A stretch of 64,000 nt of DNA, from positions 13,392,001 to 13,456,000 of the forward strand of contig NC_081331.1 in assembly GCF_022539665.2 (NCBI RefSeq), written 5' to 3'. Within the stretch, counting starts at the first letter, position 1, and every line of letters starts with the position of its first letter. The notes under the pieces are model-generated. The model made no database searches, was not told where the DNA came from, and worked only from the letters and a program-made list of their open reading frames with translations. Source of the stretch: Daphnia carinata. Lineage: Eukaryota. This document shows positions 1 through 9,282 of the stretch, piece after piece. The position numbers and the translations under genes are program-made.

Positions 1-3000
1 TCGAAATAAATGCAACACGAACAAGAAAGTGTTTAATTTTTTTTCCTGACATTTTCGTTGCAGTTTCTTTGAAATGGTAAAATGAGTAGTGTTCGGCCTT
101 GCGAGCGAAAATCAGTTCATGTAACACATCACGACGACGACGCACACGAAATTCGAGAACGGCCTAATCGGTAATCAAAGCAGATAATACTGAGACGATA
201 GTTGCTGTTTACTGTGCCAAGTCTACTTTTTTTTTCTTTTCCATTACAGTTCATTTTATTTTAAATGTCAAAACTCAAATTACTGTACATCAATGTGATT
301 GTGTTACACAGTTAAGTCTATTAGTGCCCTTTGCTAAGTTAAATAGAATTATTTATACCAGAATGAAATGAAAACATAAAAGATTATGTCACAACCTTGC
401 ACTGCACAATTTTCGGTTTCTTGCCTCTTCGAAAAACCTTTTCTGCTTTGTGTTTTGTTGCACATTGACTTAGTAACCAAGGTTAATTTAGAGCTCATGT
501 TTTTCATTGGCACACCGGATGGCACACGTTCAGAGAACATCTTTTTTTGTGGGGGGATGGACAAGAAAACAACGAGAGAAAAAATTAGCCTTGGGATCAT
601 TGTTAACTTGTTGCAAAAGAAGAAAACATGTCTGAAAGAAGAAAGGGACTGGACTAGTTAATCCTCACTTCCGGCGCCATATTTTTGCTCTTTTCTTCTT
701 TTCCCCAATACAAAAAGGGAAAGGGAAAACAAATGTTTGTCTTGTGAAAAGGAAAGACAAAAAAAAAAAATGCGCAGTTGTCCGAGGAATAGGGAAAAAC
801 GTAGTGTCCATTTTCTCGCCTGGGGCGTGCATGCACGTCTGCTGTTTCTACTAAACGAAAAGGAAATTTCGCTGAGGTTTCTTAAATGAGATCCTGATGG
901 TTAAACAAGTGTGTAACGAGATCCTCACGAAGATGACGTCATCCCCTATCTCAACAAACTTTTGTTCGACTCGTCTAAGTTCGAGATTTCACGGGCTCCA
1001 TTTTCGGTACGTAACACTTCAACGTTTACTATATCAGAATTAGGTCTAACAGATGATTAGTCGAATGTGTATTACGAGATTTGAAAAACGATACAGTCCT
1101 CGACATATTTTTCGTGTCTCTAATTTACCGAATTTAGGACAGACATGTCTCAATTGTAAATCGAATTAGTACGGGACTGTGGAAATAATTGGACGGGAAA
1201 GAAAACAAAATTTGTTCAGATTTTTCCAAGGTTTCAATTTAAAGAAAAAAAAAAAGAAAATGTTGTGACAGTTAAAAAACAAAAGAAAAACGAGGATTAG
1301 TTGATAATGGAAAATTCTTGTTTACACAGTTAGGGAATGGAATAAGAAAACCGGTTCATACTTGTGCACACCTCGTTGCTCCCGGATAGCAGACTATAAT
1401 CTCGAATAACGAGCTTGACAATTCGACATGTCCAAAAACGAAAGTGTTGAGACCCTAACGAGAAGTGAATTCATCTGTAAAAGACAAGGGAAAAGCCCCA
1501 CACATGCAACTCTGGATTTATTTCATACTATACAATTAAAAACATTTTAGAGTTATATGATTTATGTATACTTCGGTCGTTAGACTAATTAAAGATTATC
1601 TACAGTTAAATACCTTTTGGCCAGTTAAGAAGGTATTACACACAAGTTATTATAGGTATCTGGCGTGTGTGTGTGGCTCTTTTGATTTTTAATTGGACTC
1701 TTTCCTTTCCGCCATGTCGCCCGGAATTCCGTTCCGGCATCCATGTCCGCATGACGTATTATCTTCTCTTTTGCCGTGTGGCCCATTCCCCCCTCTTTTT
1801 AATTTTTTTCTGTTCGTTAACTATGGTCACATTCACTTTGTTCTGTTTCTCTACGGTGGCTCTTCTTTTTCTTGTGTGTGTGACGCCAACAAATCCTTTA
1901 AGCGTTAACCGTATTGGTGCTCAGAGAGAATAGAGAAGCTTTTGAACTTGTTTTAGAACTTGGCTTTCTAATGTCAACTAACTGCTGTGTAAGTACGGAG
2001 TTGACGTGTGTGCAGGTCACAAGAGTTGGCCTTTCATGGACGCCTTCATTAGCTAATGGCCGTAACGATGAGCAGCGGGGGCCAACTGTCATTCTGCCTC
2101 GGACATCCGCCGGAATCGGTATGTTTCAAGTTCTATACTTTTGGCTTACTTTTTTATTCAATGTATTACGCCCTCTTTCTTTGCAGGTGACATCTAGCGA
2201 CATGATAAAATTGCCATTATTTGCCACTGACTTGTGTAATTCGAATAGATTGAGGTCCGATGGCGAAGCAATCCAGCCGGACGGGCACAGCTTCCAGCAA
2301 AGAAAAAGTCAGTGGAAAATTGGATGAAGGTCCGGAATCGTGCTCTACTTCCATCATCCCCTTTCCCCTTGCTATTTATATCCGGTTGACTTGGTTTTTT
2401 TTCTTTTTTTCGTGTGATTCAATCGACGACACAATTGTGCCTTTTATTCATATTTTTCAGTTCGACGTCTGTCCCTTTACGTTTATTGCTGTTTCGTCCT
2501 CGGCCGAAATGAAAAAGTCATCCAGCTGTCGGAGAGGATGCGACACAAGTTCTCGCAATGCGTACAAGAGGTAGGAAAGCGGAAGAGAAGAAGAAAAAAC
2601 GAATCAATCCGCACGACCAGACGCGAATTGTTTTTCGATTTCTCAAAGGCATTCCACCAGAAAAAAAAAAGGACAATAACATTCCGCTTTCCTTTTTTTT
2701 TCCAGAAAACAAAACGTATGTTATGAATAAATAAAAGGGAAATCAATAAATATATGTTTTTCTTTTTTTTTTTTAGAAGCTGTTGGACTACCGGACGTGA
2801 CGACGAATAACATTTCAGATGAAAACACACAAAAAAGGAGGTGGATAGTTTGATGCATAACTAATCTGACAAGTTTTAATCGGCTTTTTATTTGAGTGTA
2901 GGAGTTAAAAGTAAAAAACAAAGATGATGGGATCATTGGACGTCCTGTAGGTTCGAGTTGTATCCTTTTCCATTTGTTTTTGATGTCTCTCGGGTGATCA

Positions 3001-4223
3001 GATAAAAAAACAAAAAGGAGAAGCAAATAGCCTTTAAAAGGCCGTCCATCTTACGTAACAGATTGGGGGGAGTTGATTAGCGTCAGAGCGCGTGCCTACC
3101 AAGAAAAAAGTAAACAAAATAGATGCAAATAGGCAGCACAAGTCCATTTCCCTAGTCACCTCTGACAAGGACAAGATTTTTGTTTTTTCTTTAAACAAAG
3201 TTTTTGTTTATGGATTTAAAATTTAAGAAAAATCCTTCCCGACATAGAAAAACATTGGCCAAATAATCTCTCTTTCCGGCGAATAGTTTTCTTATGTATG
3301 TATAGGTAACAGTACTGTTATCTCATTATTATGATTTCTTTTATTTATTCAATTGACGCTGTGTCCTTGGTGTGTACACGTAGTATCTGCTCACTAGAGA
3401 GTGTGTAGGCCTGTTTTCTGATTAATTCCATTGGGCTGCTGGCTCGTGCCGGATTATAACGATCCGTTGATGACGACATGACGGACAATTCAGCCCTACG
3501 ATGAGCTTCCCTATTTCTTAGTAATTTCTTTTTTTTTTTTTTTTTTCTCCTTCTCAGTGAAAATGGCGTAATCGCCAAACTTAAGCCGATGAGTGTGCGA
3601 GTCACTCCGGCTGTTGTTGCAGACACCCCTCGTGACTTTCAGATGTGCAATAATATCCGCTCACACAGATTTCCGGTTGTCTTTTTTTAATTTATAGTAC
3701 AAATTATTTTAAAATCTATTTTTTTCTGTTGTTTGTTTTGTTTCGTTTTTTTTTTTCTGGATTTTGGCTACAATGGACACTAGATGTCGTTGGCGAGAGT
3801 TGAAAATGAAATTTCATCCAGCCACCCTTAGCCATCACGGTAAGAAAAGAAGAGGAATGTGCTCTTTTCTACTTGTTAAAGAAAAGAAATCAATTCTTTT
3901 AAGTTTTTTTTCTATTTGATTTAGGGTAGAAAAAGGGAGTTCCGTGGTATGTGGTAGGGGGTGGGGGCTTTTTTTTGTGCTTTAGTTTTTTAAGAAGGAG
4001 AAGGGGGGAGGGTTAAAAGTCTTTTTTCTCACTGGAATATTTTTTTTTTCTTTTTTCAAAGCCGTTTTTATTCTTTTTTCCCTTTTTCTTTCCTCTCCGT
4101 GACTTAACTCCGCCCACAACCACACACAGCTGGTCCCTTTCCATACCCAACCCCGACCTTGGGTGTCCCTCTGGCGGGCTCGTGTGAACAAGAGTCTAGT
4201 TCAACTGCAAACGCTTAGACAGT

Positions 4224-4258
4224 TCAGTTGTGGCCAGTCCTCTCTTTGAAACGGACGT
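4224..4258 (+). promoter_or_regulatory. Core promoter of the Toll gene: arthropod initiator plus DPE (predicted TSS 4226)
   Basis: TCAGTT at 4224-4229 matches Inr TCAKTY with A(+1)=4226. GGACGT at 4253-4258 lies exactly at +28..+33 and matches DPE RGWYVT. No TATA box at -30. Predicts a 394-nt 5'UTR. Confidence 0.75.
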
Positions 4259-4458
4259 GCCTATTTTTTTCTAAGAATTTTTATACATTCTGTTGACTTT
4301 ATTTTTTTAAAGTCCTCTTTTGCGATTTCTAACAGAGTTTTCTCTTTCTAAAAGAACACACAAAAAAAAACTTGAAACATTGTGAAATCTTAAAGTGAAA
4401 ATCCATCGATTATTTGTTGCTTAACAGCGAGGCTCAAACAGTGCAAACCTGTCCAAAC

Positions 4459-4587
4459 ATGTTTTGGTGACTAACCCCCCCCCCCAAAAAAAAAAACCTT
4501 TAGTTTTCCCTTTTTCAAAACTTTTCTCGTCGTGTTTCATTTTGTGTGTGTATGTCTGTGTTTCTTGTTGTGTGTCGTGTGTTGTAA
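4459..4587 (+). other. Two short upstream ORFs in the predicted Toll 5'UTR
   Basis: ATG-TTT-TGG-TGA at 4459-4470 (MFW*) and ATG...TAA at 4552-4587 (MSVFLVVCRVL*). Depends on TSS 4226 and an unspliced leader. Confidence 0.5.
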
Positions 4588-4619
4588 GTGAACGCACGTA
4601 AAGAACATCCAAGGCAAAA

Positions 4620-7600
4620 ATGAATCAAAACGTGTCTTCAATTGTCGCCGTTGTTTTGGTGATTGTCGCTTCGGTCAACTGTTCGCCGAGTTGCCAATGG
4701 CAACAGCCAGCAGCCGATGAAAGCAACGACGAATCATCGCTTCGCTGTCAATTGCGGACGCTCCAGCCGGCTGAATGGGAATCTCAGCTGGCCCGAGTGT
4801 CGCACCCGGAGCGAGCCACATCGCTGCGGATCGAATGCAGTGACGTCCTTTTCTTCGAATCGGCTCTGGAGCGCGACATCCTCAAACGGCTTCCACGGCT
4901 GAGGCAGTTGAGCGTGTCGTCGTGCAAAGTCCGAGCCATTCAGCCCGGTTCGCTGGCTTCTTTGCCCGAACTCAAACGGCTCTCGATTCGGACGCACAAC
5001 ACCGATTGGCCAGCCATGGCTCTCACACTCACTGACCAGTCTCTGGCCGGCATGAGAGAACTTCGACATCTCGACCTCAGCGACAATAGCCTCATTTCCA
5101 CGCCAGACGGACTCTTCTGCTCCCTGGCCAGCCTCTCTGGACTCAACTTGTCGTCGAATCGGCTCCAGGACGTCGCCTCGCTCGGTTTCAATTCCGCCGA
5201 CGAGGAATGTCTACAAGAATTGACCGAGCTGGATCTCAGCTGGAACGGCATCGCCGAACTTCATCCGCTTTCGCTTCGCGCCCTGCGCAAACTTCAGTCG
5301 CTCTCGATCCAGCACAACGGCCTCACTCATTTGGCTGACCAGTCGCTGGCCGGTCTCGAGTCGCTCCGCATGTTGAACTTGTCCAGCAATCAACTTTCTG
5401 TCTTGCCGCCGGATCTTTTCCGCGATTGTCACGATTTGCGCGAGTTGGACCTCCATCACAACGCTCTGTCCGTCTTGCCTCTGGGCAGTTTTGCCGGACT
5501 TAGCCAACTTCAGGTCTTGGATTTGTCACGAAATTCTCTCGGCCCGGTTCACCGCGACACGTTCGCCGGACTTTTGCGTCTCGTCGTTTTGAATCTCGGC
5601 CGCAACGCCCTGACTCGCCTCGATTCCACCATGTTCCGCGACTTGGCCAGCCTTCAGGTCCTCCGACTGGACTCTAACTTGATCGAGTCTGTCGATTCCG
5701 ATGCCTTCCTGCCACTCTTCAATCTCCACACGCTCGATCTGTCCAACAACCGGATCAGCATCGTTAGCGACCGACTCCTCGGCGGACTCTTTGTCCTCAG
5801 TTCGCTCTCACTCGGCTCGAACCGCATCCATTCCATCAGCGAGGATGCCTTCCGCAACTGCAGCGGTCTGCGCGATCTCGACCTTTCCGGCAACACTCTG
5901 CAAGTGATTCCGGAAGCTGTCGGCCAGTTGTCGCTGCTCAAGTCGCTGGATCTGTCGTCGAACCGCATCACCCGGGCTACCAACTTGTCTTCCAACTGGC
6001 AGCAGCTCTACAGCTTGAACTTGGCCGACAACCAAATTCGCGCCGTCAGCAAGGAGGCTTTCGCCGGATTGGGTAACCTCGTCGCTCTCATCTTGGCCGG
6101 CAATCAGCTGGAGCAGCTGGAAGCTGGCACTTTTGACCGCACTTCGGGCCTCCAGGTACTCCGGCTGGACGGCAACAGCCTTACCGACGTCAACGGTCTC
6201 TTTGCCGGCCTCCACAACCTCCGTTGGCTCAACGTCTCGGCCAACCGAGTCCAGCTATTCGACTATTCCTTCCTGCCGGCCAACGTCGAGTGGCTGGACA
6301 TTCACCAGAATGCCCTCAGCGAGCTGGGCAACTACTTCCAGATCCAGTTGTCGAATCTGCAAGCCATCGACGCCAGTTTCAACCAGTTGACGGACTTGAC
6401 GGCCGACAGCGTGCCTGACAGTGTTGTCCAGCTGTTTGTCAACGACAACAAGATTTCCAGCATCGCGGCCAACACGTTTCTGAAGAAGGCCAACCTCTCG
6501 CGAGTGGACCTCAACTCGAACAGACTTCAAACGCTCGATCCAGCTGCCCTGTGGCTCAGTCCAGTACCGGCCGATCGGGACTTGCCCGAAATTTCGCTCG
6601 GCGATAATCCGTGGGAATGCGATTGCGGATTGGAATGGCTTCCGCTTCTCGTTCAGCCGAGCAGCGCCTCACGTCAGCAGCCGCGTCTGGTCGATGCGGC
6701 CGACATCACTTGCCGTCTGAGCTTCCGGCGAGACAGGAACGAGACGGCCGAATCGGCTCTGGTGCCTCTGGTGGACGTCCGACCGGAAGAATTCCTCTGC
6801 TCTTACCAGACGCACTGCTTCGCCCTCTGCCATTGCTGCGACTTTGACGCCTGCGATTGCGAGATGACCTGTCCGTCTGGCTGCTCCTGCTACCACGATC
6901 CCACCTGGTCTTCCAACATTGTCGATTGCTCGGCTTCAGCCGGCCCGCTGAACGATCTGCCCGAAGGAATCCCCATGGACGCTACCCAGCTCTATTTGGA
7001 CGGCAACAATTTGACGGAGCTGTCGAGCCATGCCTTTATCGGCCGTAAGAATTTGAGAACCCTTTATCTCAACGGCAGCCGGATCCAGACGCTGCGTAAT
7101 CGCACTTTCCACGGACTGGGAGCCCTGCAAGTGCTGCAGCTGGCCGACAACGAGTTGGAAGAGCTTCGCGGATCTGAATTTGAGCCTCTTGATCACCTGA
7201 GGGAGCTCTACTTGCAAAACAACCGGCTTCGTTTCATCTCGGACACGGCTTTCGTCCACCTGCGCTCCCTCCAAGTCCTCCGGCTCGACGGCAACCGACT
7301 CCTGACCTTCCCTCTGTGGCGTCTCGGCGTCAATCCGCATCTCAATCAACTCTCTTTGGGATTGAATCCGTGGAGTTGCGAATGCCGATTCTTGGCCGAC
7401 TTCCAGCAATGGATTGCGGCTCATCCCCACCAGCTGGTCGATCCCGATTCACTGCACTGTTTGATGGGCGATCAGCAGCTGATCGGTTTCGACGAATTCA
7501 ACCGGAGCTGCTCAGCCAATCCTTCCATCAGCGTCGTGACGCGTTTCAGCGGCGCTTCCGTCATGGATTACGTTCCCGTCATGGCCGCCGGAATTTGCCT

Positions 7601-8789
7601 CTTTTTGCTGGGCGTCGTTGCTGTTGTCTTGGTGCTCATCTACCGCCAGTCCGTCCGCATCTGGATCTTTTCCCGCTACCGCATCCGCCTCTGCGACTCT
7701 AAAGCCGAGGAGCTGGACGCTTGCGTCTCTTCTTCTTCCTCGCGGAAGGAGTCGATGTTTGACGCTTTTGTCAGTTACAGCCTCAAGGACGAGCAGTTTG
7801 TCGCCCAGGTACTGGCCGCCGAATTGGAGCATTCAGCCGAAGCCGGATCCTCTTTCCGGCTCTGCCTCCAGCACCGAGACTTCCCCACCAGCTCCGGAAA
7901 CAGCAGCAGCAGCAGTTCGGGCGGAGATCCGCTAGCTCTTGGGCTAGCTGCCAGTCGCCGGATCGTTTTGGTCATTTCTCAGTCCTTCATCGAGTCCGAA
8001 TGGACCCGACCCGAAGTACGCACTGCCCTGACTGGCTTTTTGCGCCAACCCCGAGCCCGATTGGTCGCCGTCCTCCTGACACCGTGGACGGATGATCAAT
8101 CCGATCCGGAATTGAGTCTCCTCCTCCGTTCGTCTGTCCTCATCCGCTGGGGCGAGCGCAATTTCTGGTCCAAGATTCGTTACTACTTGCCCGATCCGAC
8201 TCCTCGCCAGCACTACATCCGCAACATCCATTCGTCAGGCAACGGCCTTTGGTACCAGACCACCAATCCGGCCACGACCAACACGCTGTTGAGCTCGAAG
8301 CGGACGCTTCCCCATCCGCTTCCGATGGACGCTATGATGGACAAACAAGCCAACAACAAATCGGAGCTGTACTGGGAAGTGGGCAACGGCCACCAAGGTA
8401 TCCCACGGCGCTACACTTCGACTCCGCACACTGCCGCCTACGCTTGCCGCAACGGTCACCACGATGCCAACGGTGACGAGATGTCGTCCATCTATTCCGG
8501 CCAGTGTTACTCTCGTCTGGAGCACAGCTACATGTCGATCGATCACGGACACGAGCACATTTACAGCAGCGTTCAAGATCCGGCGGAATTGCATCACCAT
8601 CACCATCATCATCCGCAGCATCAACAGCAACGCCCTGATTGTTGGTCTTATCAATATCCGCCTTTGCATCAGCATCCGGAAGCTGCTCAACAACATCTGG
8701 TGATCCATCACGGAGTTCCTCGGCCGCCCACGCAACAGCCGGAATTTCACTTCTCGAACCATCAACAACAGCCGCAACGTTTTGTTTAA
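4620..8789 (+). CDS. Toll-like receptor, protostome multi-cysteine-cluster type (18w/Toll-6/Toll-7/Tollo 'long Toll' clade), single coding exon, 1389 aa
   Basis: Uninterrupted, GC-richer ORF from ATG 4620 to TAA 8787-8789. Signal peptide (SIVAVVLVIVASVNC), many LxxLxLxxN LRRs, internal LRRCT (NPWECDC, ~6606), then the clade-typical CFALCHCCDFDACDCEMTCPSGCSCYHDPTWSSNIVDCS block. A second short LRR run and a juxtamembrane LRRCT (NPWSCEC) precede the TM helix (~7572-7643), TIR domain (FDAFVSYS...LCLQHRDFP...FWSKIRYYLP, ~7755-8195) and His/Gln-rich tail. Exact orthologue cannot be assigned without a phylogeny. Confidence 0.97.
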   Translation: MNQNVSSIVAVVLVIVASVNCSPSCQWQQPAADESNDESSLRCQLRTLQPAEWESQLARVSHPERATSLRIECSDVLFFESALERDILKRLPRLRQLSVSSCKVRAIQPGSLASLPELKRLSIRTHNTDWPAMALTLTDQSLAGMRELRHLDLSDNSLISTPDGLFCSLASLSGLNLSSNRLQDVASLGFNSADEECLQELTELDLSWNGIAELHPLSLRALRKLQSLSIQHNGLTHLADQSLAGLESLRMLNLSSNQLSVLPPDLFRDCHDLRELDLHHNALSVLPLGSFAGLSQLQVLDLSRNSLGPVHRDTFAGLLRLVVLNLGRNALTRLDSTMFRDLASLQVLRLDSNLIESVDSDAFLPLFNLHTLDLSNNRISIVSDRLLGGLFVLSSLSLGSNRIHSISEDAFRNCSGLRDLDLSGNTLQVIPEAVGQLSLLKSLDLSSNRITRATNLSSNWQQLYSLNLADNQIRAVSKEAFAGLGNLVALILAGNQLEQLEAGTFDRTSGLQVLRLDGNSLTDVNGLFAGLHNLRWLNVSANRVQLFDYSFLPANVEWLDIHQNALSELGNYFQIQLSNLQAIDASFNQLTDLTADSVPDSVVQLFVNDNKISSIAANTFLKKANLSRVDLNSNRLQTLDPAALWLSPVPADRDLPEISLGDNPWECDCGLEWLPLLVQPSSASRQQPRLVDAADITCRLSFRRDRNETAESALVPLVDVRPEEFLCSYQTHCFALCHCCDFDACDCEMTCPSGCSCYHDPTWSSNIVDCSASAGPLNDLPEGIPMDATQLYLDGNNLTELSSHAFIGRKNLRTLYLNGSRIQTLRNRTFHGLGALQVLQLADNELEELRGSEFEPLDHLRELYLQNNRLRFISDTAFVHLRSLQVLRLDGNRLLTFPLWRLGVNPHLNQLSLGLNPWSCECRFLADFQQWIAAHPHQLVDPDSLHCLMGDQQLIGFDEFNRSCSANPSISVVTRFSGASVMDYVPVMAAGICLFLLGVVAVVLVLIYRQSVRIWIFSRYRIRLCDSKAEELDACVSSSSSRKESMFDAFVSYSLKDEQFVAQVLAAELEHSAEAGSSFRLCLQHRDFPTSSGNSSSSSSGGDPLALGLAASRRIVLVISQSFIESEWTRPEVRTALTGFLRQPRARLVAVLLTPWTDDQSDPELSLLLRSSVLIRWGERNFWSKIRYYLPDPTPRQHYIRNIHSSGNGLWYQTTNPATTNTLLSSKRTLPHPLPMDAMMDKQANNKSELYWEVGNGHQGIPRRYTSTPHTAAYACRNGHHDANGDEMSSIYSGQCYSRLEHSYMSIDHGHEHIYSSVQDPAELHHHHHHHPQHQQQRPDCWSYQYPPLHQHPEAAQQHLVIHHGVPRPPTQQPEFHFSNHQQQPQRFV

Positions 8790-9276
8790 AAAAAAATCCT
8801 ATACATTTTTAATAATCCGATCATTGCGGATTGTTTTTTTGTTTTTTTATTGTAACATTTTGTGCATATTATCAAAAAAGGGAAATCATTTCCTTGTGTA
8901 TAACTCCTCCAATGTAGACAGTTTTTTTCAAAATGACGACTTGGAAAGATAAAAAAAAACGGGAGTGGTTTGATTTGTATAGTCTTCCTAGTCACGTGAT
9001 CTGCCGTTTTTCCCACGTTTTTTTCATGATTTGATTAAAGGCGCTCATTATCATCGTGTGTCCTCTTTTCGTTCATCTAATTTGACTACGAAATTTTGAA
9101 AACGAGAAGAAATTAATGAATTTTTTGGTTTAATTCCGTGTGTGTGTATACAAAGAAATGATTTGTGCTAAGAAGTAAAAAAAAAACAATGTCATGTGTA
9201 TTTGTGTCGGGATCGGAAAGACATAAATTTTTTTATATATTATATATATACATACATATATATTATATCGCGATGC

Positions 9277-9282
9277 AATACA
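9277..9282 (+). terminator. Possible variant polyadenylation signal (AATACA) of the Toll mRNA
   Basis: Follows an AT/TA-rich 3'UTR-like stretch and precedes T/GT-rich sequence. No AATAAA seen between the stop codon and this site. Confidence 0.3.

Noticed and set aside
1092..1181. Possible MITE bounded by ACAGTCC...GGACTGT
   Set aside because: Only ~7 bp of inverted match and no convincing target-site duplication.
4663..8777. Many 60-180 aa ORFs overlapping the Toll CDS on both strands
   Set aside because: Shadow ORFs expected from GC-rich codon bias; no domain-like content.
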